From the NCBI GenBank assembly GCA_028876375.1, contig JAGWSB010000004.1, positions 1 through 53,911 on the forward strand: DNA of 53,911 bases. Direction: 5' to 3'. The position numbers and the translations under genes were made by a program. A model generated the notes under the pieces. It had not been told where the DNA came from. It worked only from the letters and a program-made list of their open reading frames with translations, and made no database searches. Shown in pieces: positions 1 through 11,182 of this stretch; position 1 is the first letter of the stretch, and every line of letters starts with the position of its first letter. Source of the stretch: Chloroflexota bacterium (lineage in GTDB: Bacteria; Chloroflexota; Limnocylindria; P2-11E).

Positions 1-66
1 CTCGCAGGCGGCGGTCAGGAGCGCGGCCGCGGCGATCGCGGCGAGGGGGCGGATGAAGATGCGCAT
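1..66 (-). CDS. Partial (5' end) putative lipoprotein, runs off the window
   Basis: ATG at 66 preceded by GAGGAG; translates MRIFIRPLAAIAAAALLTAACE, a signal peptide with lipobox LTAAC. Confidence 0.7.
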   Translation of the reverse strand, partial: MRIFIRPLAAIAAAALLTAACE

Positions 67-194
67 GCTTCTCTCCTCACTCCACCCCTCAGGCGCGAGG
101 CAGGATACGTCCCGGCGCCGGCCACCGGCGATCGACATCGGACAGACTTAGCCGACTGGCGTAGCGGCGTGATCCGGCTACAGTGGCGGCGGGG

Positions 195-1439
195 ATGAGA
201 CTTCTGCCGTTTGCGTCCCTGCCTGTCGCTGTCGCTCTTGTCGCGGCATGCGCGCCCGGCGCCGCGCCGGGCGGTGCTCCCGGCGGCGCTCAGACGGGCG
301 AGGACATCGTCATCGGCAGCCCGATGTCGCTCACCGGCTCCACCTCGAACGAGGGCAACCTCTCGAAGCAGGGGTACGACATGTGGCTCAGCTGGATCAA
401 CGACCAGGGCGGCATCACGGTCGGTGGCGTCAAGCACAAGGTGCAGATCAAGTACGAGGACGACCAGAGCAAGCCCGACCTCTCCGCCCAGCTCATGCAG
501 AAGCTGATCACGGAGGAGAAAGCGCAGTTCATCCTCGGCCCCTACGGAAGCCCGGCGACGGCATCCGACGCCGTGATCGCCGAGAAGAATCAGATCCCGA
601 TGGTCGAGGCGAACGGCGCCGCGCAGGCCATCTTCAACAAGGGATACAAGTACACCTTCGGCGTCCTCTCGCCCGCGAACAAGTACCTGACGGGCGTGAT
701 CGACATGGCGGCGACCCTTTCGCCCAAGCCGACGACGATCGCGATGCTTTCCGCGGACGACAACTTCTCCGTCGAGGTCGCGCAGGGCGTCGCGGACTAC
801 GCGGCGACCAAGGGGATGAAGGTCGCGTTCGACCAGAAGTACCCGAACGGGTCGACCGACGTCTCGAGCCTCGTCGCACAAGCGAAGGCGGCGAACCCGG
901 ACATCCTGATGAACTCCGGCCACCTCGCGGAGGCGATCGCGATCAACAAAGCGGCCAAGGACCTCGGGGTCAACGCCAAGATCCTCGCCTACTCGGTCGG
1001 GCCGTCGACCCCCCAGTTCATCAAGGCGCTCGGCAAGGATGCCGACTACGTGTACGACGGCTCGCAGTGGACCCCGCAGGTGAAGTACACGCCGGCCTTC
1101 TACCTCGGCGAGGCGGACTACGTGAAGGCGTACAAGACGATGTTCAAGACACAGGACGACCCCGACTACCACGTCGCCGAGTCGACCGCGGCGTGCCTAG
1201 CGCTCCAGAAGGCGATCGAGAACGCCGGGTCGCTCGATGCGCAGAAGGTGCGCGACGCGCTCGCGAAGCTCGACGTCACGACCTTCTTCGGTCAGATCAA
1301 GTTCGACAGCCGCGGCCTCAACATCTACAAGCCCATGGTCGTGGAGCAGATCCAGAATGGCCAGCACCACACGGTGTTCCCGCAGGACGTCGCGGACACC
1401 AAGCCCCAATACCCCACGCCTCCCTGGGCCCAGCGCTAG
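195..1439 (+). CDS. Branched-chain amino acid ABC transporter substrate-binding lipoprotein (LivK/LivJ-like)
   Basis: Lipobox LVAAC, type I periplasmic binding protein features (YEDDQSKP, ILGPYGS); first gene of a liv-type operon. Confidence 0.9.
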   Translation: MRLLPFASLPVAVALVAACAPGAAPGGAPGGAQTGEDIVIGSPMSLTGSTSNEGNLSKQGYDMWLSWINDQGGITVGGVKHKVQIKYEDDQSKPDLSAQLMQKLITEEKAQFILGPYGSPATASDAVIAEKNQIPMVEANGAAQAIFNKGYKYTFGVLSPANKYLTGVIDMAATLSPKPTTIAMLSADDNFSVEVAQGVADYAATKGMKVAFDQKYPNGSTDVSSLVAQAKAANPDILMNSGHLAEAIAINKAAKDLGVNAKILAYSVGPSTPQFIKALGKDADYVYDGSQWTPQVKYTPAFYLGEADYVKAYKTMFKTQDDPDYHVAESTAACLALQKAIENAGSLDAQKVRDALAKLDVTTFFGQIKFDSRGLNIYKPMVVEQIQNGQHHTVFPQDVADTKPQYPTPPWAQR

Positions 1440-1481
1440 CCCCTCCCCGCGCGCTCCCCGTGACCGCGGCGTGACGCATCC

Positions 1482-2345
1482 ATGAGCCTGCTCGCGCAGC
1501 AGCTCGTCCTGGCGATCCTCCTCGGCGGCGTGTACGTCGCCGTCGCCATCGGCTTCAGCCTGGTATGGGGGATCCTCAACATCATCAACCTCAGCCACGG
1601 CGCCTTCATCGTCGTCGGCGCGTACATCACGTGGACCCTCTTCGGACGGCTCGGCCTCGACCCATTCCTCTCACTGCCGATCGATGCCGCGGCGCTGTTC
1701 GCGCTCGGCTACCTCCTCCAGCGAGGGCTGATCAACCGCGTCATCCGCGCTCCCGTCTTCTTCACGCTCCTCCTCACTTTCGGGGTCAATCTCGCGATCG
1801 TGAATCTGCTCCTCGCCGTCTTCACCTCGGACTTCCGGTCGGTGACGCCGCCGTACGCGGGGAGCGGCATCGTCCTCGGCCCCGTCGTGATCCCCTCTAT
1901 CCGACTCGCCGCGTTCGCGATAGCGCTCCTCCTCGCGGCGCTGCTCTCGCTTCTCATGCGGCGGACGAGGATCGGGGCCGCCATCCAGGCCGTGGCATCG
2001 GACCGTGACGCCGCCCAGCTCGTCGGGATCGACCTCCGTCATACCTATGCCCTGACGTACGGGATCGGCGCCGCGTGCGCCGGCGTCGCCGGCGGTCTCC
2101 TCAGCACCGTGCAGGCGATCTCGCCGACCGCTGGGGAGCCTTACACGCTGCAGGCGTTCGTCGTCGTCGTCCTCGGCGGCCTCGGCAGCGTGACGGCGAC
2201 CGTCGTCGGCGGTCTCCTCTTCGGGCTCATCGAGGTCTTCGGACAGTCCGCGCCGGGCCTCGGCGCGGGATACGCGAACGCGATCGCGTTCGCGGTCCTC
2301 GTCATCGTGCTCATCGTCCGTCCGCAGGGGCTTCTCGGGCGATGA
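1482..2345 (+). CDS. livH: Branched-chain amino acid ABC transporter permease
   Basis: GFSLVWGILNIINLSHG and AFVVVVLGGLGS motifs, hydrophobic. Confidence 0.9.
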   Translation: MSLLAQQLVLAILLGGVYVAVAIGFSLVWGILNIINLSHGAFIVVGAYITWTLFGRLGLDPFLSLPIDAAALFALGYLLQRGLINRVIRAPVFFTLLLTFGVNLAIVNLLLAVFTSDFRSVTPPYAGSGIVLGPVVIPSIRLAAFAIALLLAALLSLLMRRTRIGAAIQAVASDRDAAQLVGIDLRHTYALTYGIGAACAGVAGGLLSTVQAISPTAGEPYTLQAFVVVVLGGLGSVTATVVGGLLFGLIEVFGQSAPGLGAGYANAIAFAVLVIVLIVRPQGLLGR

Positions 2346-3337
2346 GAAGCCGGGTGCTCGGCGTCGTCACCGTCGCGGCGGTGGCCCTCTTCACGCTGCT
2401 GCCTCTCACCACGACGGACCCGGCGCGGGCGATGGGACTCCCGGCGCTCCTCGACCGATCCCAGCTGCGCGGGCTCACGACGATCTCCATGTTCGTCGTG
2501 CTGACGTCGGCGTGGAACATCATCGGTGGGCTCGCCGGCTATCCGTCATTCGGCAACGTCGCGTTCTTCGGCCTGGGCGCCTACGCGACGGCGCTGCTGA
2601 CGGACCCCGACCACGGACATCTGCCCCTGGGCGTCGGGCTGCTCGCGTCGCCCCTCGTCCCGGCCGTCGTGGCCCTCGTCGTCGGCTTTCCGCTGCTGAG
2701 GCTGCGCGGCCACTACTTCTCGATCGCGACGCTGGGGACCGCGATCGCGTTCGGCGAGGTCATCAACAACATGGACTTCCTCGGCGGGGCGACGGGGCTC
2801 TTCCCGCCCATCATCCGGAGCGATCTGCTCTTCTACTACCTCATGTTCGGCGCCGCGGCGCTGACGGTGGGCGTGACGTGGTGGATCATGCGGAGCCGCC
2901 TCGGCCATGGCCTCGTCGCGATCCGAGAGAACGAGGAGGCGGCGGCCGTGCTCGGGGTCGACACGACGCGCTACAAGATCATCGCCTTCGTGGTCGCCGC
3001 CGCGCTGACCGGGCTGGCCGGCGGGGTCTTCGCCGGGTGGAACAGCTTCGTCAACCGCGACAACGTCTTCCCCGTCGACTACAGCGTCCAGATGATCCTC
3101 ATGGCCGTGATCGGCGGGTCCGGCACGATCAGCGGGCCGGTCGTGGGCGCCGTCGGCCTGGAGGCCCTGATACAGCTCCTCGCCGGAGGCAGCGGCGTCT
3201 ACACCCAGATCCTGCTCGGGGTGCTCCTCGCCGTGACCGTGATCTTCCTGCCGCGCGGGGTCATCGACTTCGTCATCGGCCGCAGCCGTCTCACCCTCGC
3301 GCACTTCCGCCGGTCGCTGCGCCAGACGAGCGTATGA
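2342..3337 (+). CDS. livM: Branched-chain amino acid ABC transporter permease
   Basis: WNIIGGLAGYPSFG, LRLRGHYFSIATL and AIRENEEAA motifs; ATGA overlap with livH. Confidence 0.9.
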   Translation: MRSRVLGVVTVAAVALFTLLPLTTTDPARAMGLPALLDRSQLRGLTTISMFVVLTSAWNIIGGLAGYPSFGNVAFFGLGAYATALLTDPDHGHLPLGVGLLASPLVPAVVALVVGFPLLRLRGHYFSIATLGTAIAFGEVINNMDFLGGATGLFPPIIRSDLLFYYLMFGAAALTVGVTWWIMRSRLGHGLVAIRENEEAAAVLGVDTTRYKIIAFVVAAALTGLAGGVFAGWNSFVNRDNVFPVDYSVQMILMAVIGGSGTISGPVVGAVGLEALIQLLAGGSGVYTQILLGVLLAVTVIFLPRGVIDFVIGRSRLTLAHFRRSLRQTSV

Positions 3338-4101
3338 GCGCGCCGCTGCTCGCGTTGAGCGCGGTCACGAAGCGCTTCGGCGGCGTGACCGCCCTCGACC
3401 ACGTCTCCTTCGACCTCGCCGAGGGCGAGCTCGTCGGCCTCATCGGACCGAACGGCGCGGGCAAGACGACCCTCCTCAACTGCCTCAGCCGCCTCTACCG
3501 GCTCGACGGCGGGAGCATCCGCTTCTCCGGGATGGACATAGCGAAGCTCGGCCGCCATGAGGTCGCTCGCCTCGGGGTCGGGCGCACCTTCCAGGTAGTG
3601 CGTCCCTTCCGTTCCATGACGGCGCGCGAGAACGTCGCCATCGGCGCGCTCTTCGGGAGCGACCGCGCCCGGCTTCCGCCGCGGGAAGCCTTCCGCGTCG
3701 CGGACGAGGTCATCGACCTCGTCGGTCTCGGCGGGCGCGGGCATCTCCTCGTCGACGAGCTGACCGTGCCGGACCGCCGCCATCTCGAGGTGGCGCGCGC
3801 GCTCGCGACGCGACCGCGACTGCTGCTCCTCGACGAGGTCATGGCCGGGCTCAACCCGTCGGAGGTCGCGGAGGCGCTCGAGGTCGTGAAGCGCATCCAC
3901 GCGAGCGGCATCGCCATCCTCGTGATCGAGCACGTCATGCAGGTGATCGTCGGGATCTGCCCGCGGGTCGTCGTGCTCCACTTCGGCAAGGTGCTCCTCG
4001 AGGGCGATCCCTCCACCGTGCTGAAGGACCCACGCGTCGTCGAGGCCTACCTCGGCGAGCGCTACGCGCGCCGGGTCCGGGGGTCGCGCGGCGATGGCTG
4101 A
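3334..4101 (+). CDS. livG: ABC transporter ATP-binding protein
   Basis: Walker A GPNGAGKT, RTFQ, LLLLDE; ATG at 3334 overlaps the livM stop. Confidence 0.9.
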   Translation: MSAPLLALSAVTKRFGGVTALDHVSFDLAEGELVGLIGPNGAGKTTLLNCLSRLYRLDGGSIRFSGMDIAKLGRHEVARLGVGRTFQVVRPFRSMTARENVAIGALFGSDRARLPPREAFRVADEVIDLVGLGGRGHLLVDELTVPDRRHLEVARALATRPRLLLLDEVMAGLNPSEVAEALEVVKRIHASGIAILVIEHVMQVIVGICPRVVVLHFGKVLLEGDPSTVLKDPRVVEAYLGERYARRVRGSRGDG

Positions 4102-4807
4102 GCCGCTCTTTTCCGTCCGCGGGGTCAAGGCCGGATACGGCGAGACCCTCGTGCTCCACGGCGTCGACCTCGACGTCGATACCGGCGAGCTCATCGCGCT
4201 CATCGGCGCGAACGGCGCGGGGAAGTCGACGCTCCTCGGCACCCTGTCCGGGCTCGTGCCTCCGGCGGCCGGGAGCGTTCGCCTCGCCGGGCGCGAGCTC
4301 GCGGGCGCGCGGCCCGAGGCGATCGTCGCCGCCGGGCTCGCGCACGTCCCGCAGGGGCGCCGCCTCTTCGGCGGGCTCACCGTGGAGCGGAACCTGCTGC
4401 TCGGCGCGTATCTGCGCCGCGACGCCGAGGTGCGCGCCGACGTCGAGCGCGTCGTCGGGTACTTCCCGGCGCTGCGCGACAAGCTCGGCCGTGACGCGGC
4501 CACGCTGTCGGGCGGGGAGCAGCAGATGGTCGCGATCGCGCGAGGCCTGATGGCTCGTCCCAAGGTCCTGATGATCGACGAGCCGTCGCTCGGCCTGGCG
4601 CCGAACCTCGTCGACCGCGTCATCGACGTCTGCGCCGAGATCAACAGGGCGGGAACGGCGATCCTGCTCGTCGAGCAGGACGTTCTCGTCGCCCTCGATT
4701 TCGCGCGGCGCGGATACGTCCTCGAGACGGGACGCATCGTGCTGACGGGCATGGCGGCCGAGCTGCGCAACGACGACCGCGTGCGTAAGGCGTACCTGGG
4801 GGTCTAG
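4094..4807 (+). CDS. livF: ABC transporter ATP-binding protein
   Basis: GANGAGKST, LSGGEQQM, DEPSLGLAP. Confidence 0.92.
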   Translation: MAEPLFSVRGVKAGYGETLVLHGVDLDVDTGELIALIGANGAGKSTLLGTLSGLVPPAAGSVRLAGRELAGARPEAIVAAGLAHVPQGRRLFGGLTVERNLLLGAYLRRDAEVRADVERVVGYFPALRDKLGRDAATLSGGEQQMVAIARGLMARPKVLMIDEPSLGLAPNLVDRVIDVCAEINRAGTAILLVEQDVLVALDFARRGYVLETGRIVLTGMAAELRNDDRVRKAYLGV

Positions 4808-5289
4808 CCGGCGCGGCGCGGCCTCTGCCTGCGGAGCTCGCGGCGCACCTTCGCCGCGGCGAGCCTTCGGCGCTCGTCGTCGGTCTCCGGCTCGAGCGGC
4901 GGGATGGGCGCGGGACGGCCCTCGCCGTCGATGGCGACGAACACGAGGTACGCGCTCGCGACGTGGACGACCTTCCCGGTCATCGTGTTCTCCGCCTCGA
5001 CGCGCACGCCGACCTCCATGCTCGTCCGGCCCACCTCGTTGACCCCCGCGCGCGCGGTGACGAGGTCGCCGACGTACACCGGCGCGAGGAAGGAGAGCTC
5101 GTCGATGCGCGCGGTCACGACGCGCGAGCGCGCGTGGCGCGCGGCCGCCGCGCCGGCGGCCTCGTCGATGAGCTTCATGATCTCGCCGCCGTGGACGTTG
5201 CCCCAGGGGTTCGCGTCGGAGGGGAGCATCGACTTGGCCATCACGGTGCGCGACGCAGAGGACGGCCGGGCGGCGAGCTGGTCGGTCAC
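4804..5289 (-). CDS. Acyl-CoA thioesterase (hotdog fold, YciA-like)
   Basis: PSDANPWGNVHGGEIMKLIDEA and GRTSMEVGV motifs. Confidence 0.9.
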   Translation of the reverse strand: MTDQLAARPSSASRTVMAKSMLPSDANPWGNVHGGEIMKLIDEAAGAAAARHARSRVVTARIDELSFLAPVYVGDLVTARAGVNEVGRTSMEVGVRVEAENTMTGKVVHVASAYLVFVAIDGEGRPAPIPPLEPETDDERRRLAAAKVRRELRRQRPRRAG

Positions 5290-5331
5290 CGTCCCCGAGC
5301 GTACGCCGGACGTCGGCTAGGCTGCGCGGCG

Positions 5332-5841
5332 ATGTCCGTCCTGTCGCGCGAGGAGCTCCGCGCCGCGCTGGCCGGCCATCCGCCGCTCGTCGAGGACGTC
5401 GACGTCGCGACGCAGCTCCAGCCGAACGGGGTCGACCTCCGCGCCGAGCGGATCCAGAAGCTGACGTCGCCGGCGCTCCTCGGCGTCGCCGACTCCATCC
5501 GCGAGCCGGCGGGGCGCGAGGACCTGAAGGCGGACGGCGACGGGTGGTGGGATCTCCATCAGGGCGCCTACGTCATCACCTACCGCGAGAAGGTGAACCT
5601 TCCGGCGGACCTCACCGCGCTCGTCTTCCCGCGCTCGAGCCTGCTCCGATCGGGCGTGACGCTGTACGGCGCCGTGTGGGACGCGGGCTACTCCGGCCGC
5701 GGCGAGGGCCTTCTCGCCGTCCTCAACGCGCGTGGCTATCGCCTCCAACGCGGCGCGCGCGTCGCGCAGCTCGTCTTCTTCCGCCTGTCCTCGGCCACGC
5801 AGAGCGGCTATGCCGGGCGCTACCAGGGAGAGAACGCCTAA
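5332..5841 (+). CDS. Trimeric dUTPase / dCTP deaminase family protein
   Basis: QLQPNGVDL, PRSSLLRSG, WDAGYSGRG, ARVAQLVF, YAGRYQGE; ATG at 5332 follows a TAGGCT -10. Confidence 0.85.
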   Translation: MSVLSREELRAALAGHPPLVEDVDVATQLQPNGVDLRAERIQKLTSPALLGVADSIREPAGREDLKADGDGWWDLHQGAYVITYREKVNLPADLTALVFPRSSLLRSGVTLYGAVWDAGYSGRGEGLLAVLNARGYRLQRGARVAQLVFFRLSSATQSGYAGRYQGENA

Positions 5842-6776
5842 GCCAGCGCCGGGACGACCTTCTCGGCGAACACGCGCAGGCACTCGCGGTCGTAGCCGTA
5901 GGGGAACACCGGGATCACGTACGCGACGCCGAGGCGCGCGAAGGCTCGCAGCGCTTCGGCGACCTCTTCCGGCGTCCCGACCGGGTGGCCGGCGCGGCGC
6001 GCGAGCCACTCCGCCGGGCTGATCTTCGCGCGGGCGGCGACGTCGCGGACGATCTCATCGAGGCGCGAGCGCGTCTCCGCGACGAGCACGGGACCGAAGT
6101 GGCTCCGGAGGATCGTCGCCGGATCGCGCTTCTCGCGCGCGCACGCGCGGTCGAGGCCGGCCATCGCGCTCGCGTAGCCGGCGGCTGTCGGGAAGCCGCC
6201 GACGTTGACGGCGTCGGCGTACCGCGCGACGAGCCGCAGCATCTGCGGCTTGGCGCCCGCGATCCACATCGGGAGCGGGCGCTGCACCGGCTTCGGCGAG
6301 CACTGCGCCGCGTCGATGCGGTAGTGGGCGCCGTGGTACGTCGCCTTGTCCTCCGTCCACATGCGGCGGCAGATCTCGATCGTGTCGGCGAGCTGGTCGA
6401 CGCGGACGCCGGGGGCGGGGAAGTCGTACCCGTACGCGCGGTACTCGAGCTCCTTCCATCCCGCGCCGATCCCGAAGTCGAGGCGCCCGCCCGACAGGAC
6501 ATCGACGCCGGCGGCGATCTTCGCCAAGAGCGCGGGATTCCGGTACGACTGGCAGGTGACGAGCGTTCCGAGGCGGATGCTCGTCGTGACCTGCGTGAGC
6601 GCGGCGAGGAGCGTCCAGGCTTCGAGGCAGCCGGTCGCGGCCGACGCGTCGTTCAGGAAGAGATGATCCGAGACCCAGACCGTCTCCGCGCCGAGTCGCT
6701 CCGCGTCGCGAGCGATCTCGCGCACCTCGTCGAAGGTGAACCCGAACTGCGGCTCGATCTGGATCCCGAAGCGCAT
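5838..6776 (-). CDS. LLM-class (probably F420-dependent) oxidoreductase
   Basis: VWVSDH, IRLGTLVT, YRNPALLAK, SGGRLDFGIGAGW motifs. Confidence 0.9.
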   Translation of the reverse strand: MRFGIQIEPQFGFTFDEVREIARDAERLGAETVWVSDHLFLNDASAATGCLEAWTLLAALTQVTTSIRLGTLVTCQSYRNPALLAKIAAGVDVLSGGRLDFGIGAGWKELEYRAYGYDFPAPGVRVDQLADTIEICRRMWTEDKATYHGAHYRIDAAQCSPKPVQRPLPMWIAGAKPQMLRLVARYADAVNVGGFPTAAGYASAMAGLDRACAREKRDPATILRSHFGPVLVAETRSRLDEIVRDVAARAKISPAEWLARRAGHPVGTPEEVAEALRAFARLGVAYVIPVFPYGYDRECLRVFAEKVVPALA

Positions 6777-6811
6777 GCCCGGGAGCGTAGACGGATATCG
6801 TTCGCGCGTCC

Positions 6812-8029
6812 GTGAAAGACGGAGGCCTGCGGCAGGCCGCTCTTCTCGGCGCCGTCCTCCTTCTCGTGCTGCTGCCGTCCAACGTGCCGGCGGGCGTCGT
6901 GCCGCTGCTGCAGCAGGAATGGTCGACGAGCGCGGCGCTCATGGGCGCGGTCGTCGGCGCGTACCAGCTCGGCTACGCCGTCGCCGTGCTCGTCGTCCTC
7001 CCGCTCACCGACCGCTTCTCCGCGCGGCGCGTCGTCCTCGCGTCCGTCGTGATCACGCTCGCCGCGAGCCTCGCCTTCGCGCTGCTCGCGCGCGATCCCG
7101 TCACGGCGATCGTCCTGCGCGTCATCGCCGGCGCGGGCCTCGCCGGCGCGTACATGCCCGGCGTGCGCATCGTCGCCGCCGCGGCCGATCCCGCGCGACG
7201 CGGACGCGCGGTCGGCCTCTACGTGTCGGCGTTCTATCTCGGCAGCTCGCTCTCGCTCCTGTTCACCGGCATCCTCCTCGGCCCGGTGGGCTGGCGCGGC
7301 GCGGCGCTCGCGCTCGCGTCCGCGACCGCGCTCGCGCTGGTCGTCACGCTCGCGACGCCGATCGCGACGGAGCGGCCCGCGGGCCGCGCACGCCTCGATC
7401 CGAGCGTCGTCCGCGAGCCGCGCCTGCTCGGCGCCGTCGTCGCTTACGCCGGCCACACCTGGGAGCTGTACGCGGCGCGCGGCTGGCTCGCGGCGTTCTT
7501 CGCCGTCGTGCTCGCCGCGCGCACCGGCTCTCCGCTCGAAGCCTCCGCGGTCGGGAGCCAGTGGGCGGCCGGCATGCTCGCCCTCGGCGTGCTCGGCGTG
7601 TCGCTGGGCGGGCTCGTCTCGGACCGCGCCGGCCGGCACGCGTCCGCGGCCGTCTTCGCGCTCGCGAGCGGCGTCCTCTCGATCGTGCTCGGGACGCTCG
7701 GCGCGGCGCCGTGGCCGGTCGTCGTCGCCGTCGGCTGCCTCCTCGGCCTTCTCATCTCGGCCGACTCAGCGATCTACTCGACGCTGGTGACCGAGACGGT
7801 GCCCGCCGAGCGGCTCGGATCGGCGCAGGCGATCCAGGCCTCCATCGGATTCCTCGCCGCGAGCGCGGCGCCGGCCGCGGCGGGGCTCGCGACGGACGTC
7901 GGGCTCGGCTGGCCGGGCGTGTTCGCGACTGCGGGCGCGGCGAGCATCCTCGCCGCCGTCGTCATGGCCGCTCAGATCCCGGGCAGGTCGAGGCCCTTCC
8001 GGCGCGCGAGGTCGAGCGCCTCCACGTAG
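6812..8029 (+). CDS. MFS transporter
   Basis: Many hydrophobic segments, [10 protein letters not shown] motif A-like, HTWELY; 3' end overlaps hutU. Confidence 0.85.
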   Translation: MKDGGLRQAALLGAVLLLVLLPSNVPAGVVPLLQQEWSTSAALMGAVVGAYQLGYAVAVLVVLPLTDRFSARRVVLASVVITLAASLAFALLARDPVTAIVLRVIAGAGLAGAYMPGVRIVAAAADPARRGRAVGLYVSAFYLGSSLSLLFTGILLGPVGWRGAALALASATALALVVTLATPIATERPAGRARLDPSVVREPRLLGAVVAYAGHTWELYAARGWLAAFFAVVLAARTGSPLEASAVGSQWAAGMLALGVLGVSLGGLVSDRAGRHASAAVFALASGVLSIVLGTLGAAPWPVVVAVGCLLGLLISADSAIYSTLVTETVPAERLGSAQAIQASIGFLAASAAPAAAGLATDVGLGWPGVFATAGAASILAAVVMAAQIPGRSRPFRRARSSAST

Positions 8030-9621
8030 CCCGCGTCGGCGTGGCGCATGACGCCGGTGCCCGGATCCGTCGTGAGGACGCGCCGCAGCTTTTCGCGCCC
8101 GAGCGGCGTCCCGTCGGCGACGGCGACCATGCCCGCGTGCAGCGAATAGCCGATGCCGACGCCGCCGCCGTGGTGCACGGACACCCACGTCGCGCCGGCG
8201 GCCGTGTTGACGAGCGCGTTGAGGATGGGCCAGTCCGCGATGGCGTCGCTGCCGTCGCGCATGCCCTCCGTCTCGCGGAACGGCGAGGCGACCGATCCCG
8301 AGTCGAGGTGGTCGCGGCCGATGACCATCGGCGCCGCGACCTTCCCCTTCTCGACGAGCTCGTCCATCGCGACGCCGAGCTCGGCGCGCTCGCCGTAGCC
8401 GAGCCAGCACACCCGGGCGGGCAGGCCCTGGAACGGGACGCGCTCGCGCGCGAGACGGATCCAGCGCACCAGGACGTCGTCGTGCGGGAAGAGCTCGAGC
8501 ACGAGGTCGTCGGTGCGCGCGATGTCTGCCGTGCTCCCGGACAGGGCGACCCAACGGAACGGTCCGCGGCCTTCGGCGAGCATCGGACGCAGGTACTCGA
8601 CGACGAAGCCGGGGTAGGCGAAGGCGTCCGCGAAGCCGCCCCGCTGCGCCATCGCGCGCAGGTTGTTGCCGTAGTCGAACGCGACCGCGCCGCGGCGCGC
8701 GAGAGCGACGATGGCCTCGCAGTGCCGCGCCATGCTCTCGAGCGAGCGGCGCACGTACGCGTCGGGGTCCGCGCGGCGGACGGGCTCGGGGTCCTCGACG
8801 CCGGCCGGGACGTATCCGTCGAGGGGGTCGTGCGCGCTCGTCTGGTCGGTCACGACGTCGACCGCGACCTTCCGGCGCACGATCTCCGGCAGCGCCTCGG
8901 CGGCGTTGGCCACGACCGCGATCGAGCGCGCGACGCGCGCGCGGCGGTAGCGCTCCACGCGCGCGAGCGCGTCGTCGAGCGAGGACGCGACCTCGTCGAC
9001 GAAGCCCTGCCGTCGCCGCCGCTCGACGCGCCGCGGGTCGACCTCGACGACGAGCGCCACGCCTTCGTTCATCGTGACGGCCATGGGCTGCGCGCCGCCC
9101 ATGCCCCCGAGGCCGGCGGTGACGACGAGGCGGCCGGCCAGCGTGCCGCCGAAGTGACGGCGCGCCACGGCGGCGAACGTCTCGTACGTGCCCTGGAGGA
9201 TGCCCTGGGTCCCGATGTAGATCCAGGAACCCGCGGTCATCTGCCCGTACATCGTCAGCCCCAGAGACTCGAGGCGGTGGAACTCGTCCCACGTCGCCCA
9301 GTGCGGGACCAGGAGCGCGTTCGCGATGAGCACGCGCGGCGCCCACTCATGCGTGCGGAAGACCCCGACGGGCTTCCCCGACTGCACCAGCAGCGTCTCG
9401 TCGGAGCGCAGGCGGCGCAGTGTGGCGAGGATGCGATCGAACGCGTCCCATGAACGCGCGGCGCGCCCCGTCCCGCCGTAGACGACGAGGTCCTCCGGCC
9501 GCTCGGCCACCTCGGGATCGAGGTTGTTCTGGATCATGCGGAACGCCGCCTCCTGCGGCCAGGCGGCGCAGTGCAGCTCGCTGCCGCGCGGGGCACGGAC
9601 CGCGCGGGGAACGGCGGTCAC
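7972..9621 (-). CDS. hutU: Urocanate hydratase
   Basis: [48 protein letters not shown]. Confidence 0.98.
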   Translation of the reverse strand: MTAVPRAVRAPRGSELHCAAWPQEAAFRMIQNNLDPEVAERPEDLVVYGGTGRAARSWDAFDRILATLRRLRSDETLLVQSGKPVGVFRTHEWAPRVLIANALLVPHWATWDEFHRLESLGLTMYGQMTAGSWIYIGTQGILQGTYETFAAVARRHFGGTLAGRLVVTAGLGGMGGAQPMAVTMNEGVALVVEVDPRRVERRRRQGFVDEVASSLDDALARVERYRRARVARSIAVVANAAEALPEIVRRKVAVDVVTDQTSAHDPLDGYVPAGVEDPEPVRRADPDAYVRRSLESMARHCEAIVALARRGAVAFDYGNNLRAMAQRGGFADAFAYPGFVVEYLRPMLAEGRGPFRWVALSGSTADIARTDDLVLELFPHDDVLVRWIRLARERVPFQGLPARVCWLGYGERAELGVAMDELVEKGKVAAPMVIGRDHLDSGSVASPFRETEGMRDGSDAIADWPILNALVNTAAGATWVSVHHGGGVGIGYSLHAGMVAVADGTPLGREKLRRVLTTDPGTGVMRHADAGYVEALDLARRKGLDLPGI

Positions 9622-9646
9622 GGCGCCATTGTCGTCCCGCGCCCGG

Positions 9647-11176
9647 CTACTCGGCCGGGACCGACCTCTGCCGCACCGCGGCGGCGAGCACGTCGCGCGC
9701 GATCACGTCCGAGAGCGCGGCGATCTCCGGCGCGAGGGGGCGGTCCTCGTCGAGGGTGGGCGAGCCCTCGCGGATGAGGGCGCGCACCGTCTCGAGCGGC
9801 GCGGACGTCCGCATGCCGAGGAGGTCGAGGCCCTGCGCGGCACAGAGCGCCTCGATGGCGAGGATGTCGCGCACGTTGCGGACGACGGCCGCGAGCTTCT
9901 GCGCGGCGTGGACCCCCATGCTCACGTGGTCCTCCATCCCCGCGGACGTCGGGACCGACTGCATCGACGCGGGCAGCGCGCGCAGGCGATCCTCCGCTAC
10001 GAGGGCGGCGGCGGTGTACTGGGCGACCATGAACCCCGAGCTCGCTCCCGGGCGGCGCGTGAGGAACGGAGGCAGCCCCGAGGTGTGCCCGTTCGTCATG
10101 CGGTCGATGCGCGCTTCGGAGATCTCCCCCAGCTGCCCGACGGCGATGGTCGCGAGGTCGAGCGCGATCGAGACGGGCTGGCCGTGGAAGTTGCCGCCGG
10201 AGAGGACGCGCCCGTCCTCGGGGAAGACGAGCGGATTGTCCGTGACGGAGTCGATCTCGCGCTCGAGGACGCTCCGAACGTAGCCGAGGGCGTCGCGCGT
10301 GGCGCCGTGGACCTGCGGGATGCAGCGGATCGAGTACGGATCCTGGACGCGAGGGTCCCCGGTGCGGTGCGACTCGCGGATGGCGCTGCCCTCGACCAGC
10401 GCGCGCAGCGTCCGCGCGACGCTCTTCTGGCCGGGATGCGGGCGCGCCTCGTGGATCCGGGCGTCCCAGGCCTGATCCGTCGCGCGGAGGGCCTCCGCCG
10501 AGAGCGCCGCGATGATGTCGGCGGCCTCCGCGACGACCTCGGCGTCGTGCAGCGCGAGGCAGCCGATCGCCGTCATCACCTGCGTCCCGTTGATGAGGGC
10601 CAGGCCCTCCTTCGGCCCGAGCTGGATCGGCTTGAGGCCGGCGTGCTTCAGCGCCTCGGCCGCGGGCTTTCGCTTGCCGTCGTGGAACGCCTCGCCCTCG
10701 CCGATGAGGACGAGCGCCATGTGCGCGAGCGGCGCGAGGTCACCCGACGCGCCGACGCTCCCGTACATCGGCATGACCGGATGCACGCCGCGCCCGAGCA
10801 TGTCGACGAGGAGCTCCAGCGTCTCCTTGCGGACGCCCGACCTCCCCGCCGCGAGCGTGTTCGCCCGCAGCAGCATCGTCGCGCGCACGACGTCGACGGG
10901 GAGCGGGTCGCCCACGCCGACGGCGTGGCTGCGCACGAGGTCGCGCTGCAGCGTGCGCAGGTCCGCGGCGGGTATCTTCACCGTCGAGAGGTCGCCGAAG
11001 CCGGTGTTGATGCCGTAGATCGGCTCGTCGCCCCTGGCCAGCTCCTCGACGAGCTTTGCCGCCGCCTGGACCCTACCCTCGGCGCGGCGCTCGATGGCGA
11101 TGGCGACGTTCCCGCGCGCGACGCCGACGATCTCGGCGATCGTCAGATCCTGACCGGTGATGCGGATGGTGGTCAG
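9647..11176 (-). CDS. hutH: Histidine ammonia-lyase; probable CTG start at 11176
   Basis: MIO motif [26 protein letters not shown]. The frame stays open upstream of the tracked GTG through IYGINTGFG to [12 protein letters not shown] with no ATG/GTG/TTG. Confidence 0.93.
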   Translation of the reverse strand: MTTIRITGQDLTIAEIVGVARGNVAIAIERRAEGRVQAAAKLVEELARGDEPIYGINTGFGDLSTVKIPAADLRTLQRDLVRSHAVGVGDPLPVDVVRATMLLRANTLAAGRSGVRKETLELLVDMLGRGVHPVMPMYGSVGASGDLAPLAHMALVLIGEGEAFHDGKRKPAAEALKHAGLKPIQLGPKEGLALINGTQVMTAIGCLALHDAEVVAEAADIIAALSAEALRATDQAWDARIHEARPHPGQKSVARTLRALVEGSAIRESHRTGDPRVQDPYSIRCIPQVHGATRDALGYVRSVLEREIDSVTDNPLVFPEDGRVLSGGNFHGQPVSIALDLATIAVGQLGEISEARIDRMTNGHTSGLPPFLTRRPGASSGFMVAQYTAAALVAEDRLRALPASMQSVPTSAGMEDHVSMGVHAAQKLAAVVRNVRDILAIEALCAAQGLDLLGMRTSAPLETVRALIREGSPTLDEDRPLAPEIAALSDVIARDVLAAAVRQRSVPAE

Positions 11177-11182
11177 GGGAGA

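Noticed and set aside
7972-8029. Long convergent 3' overlaps (MFS/hutU, also aroG/regulator at 12811-12866)
   Set aside because: Low-complexity tails from stop-codon drift in a compact GC-rich genome; no evidence of function
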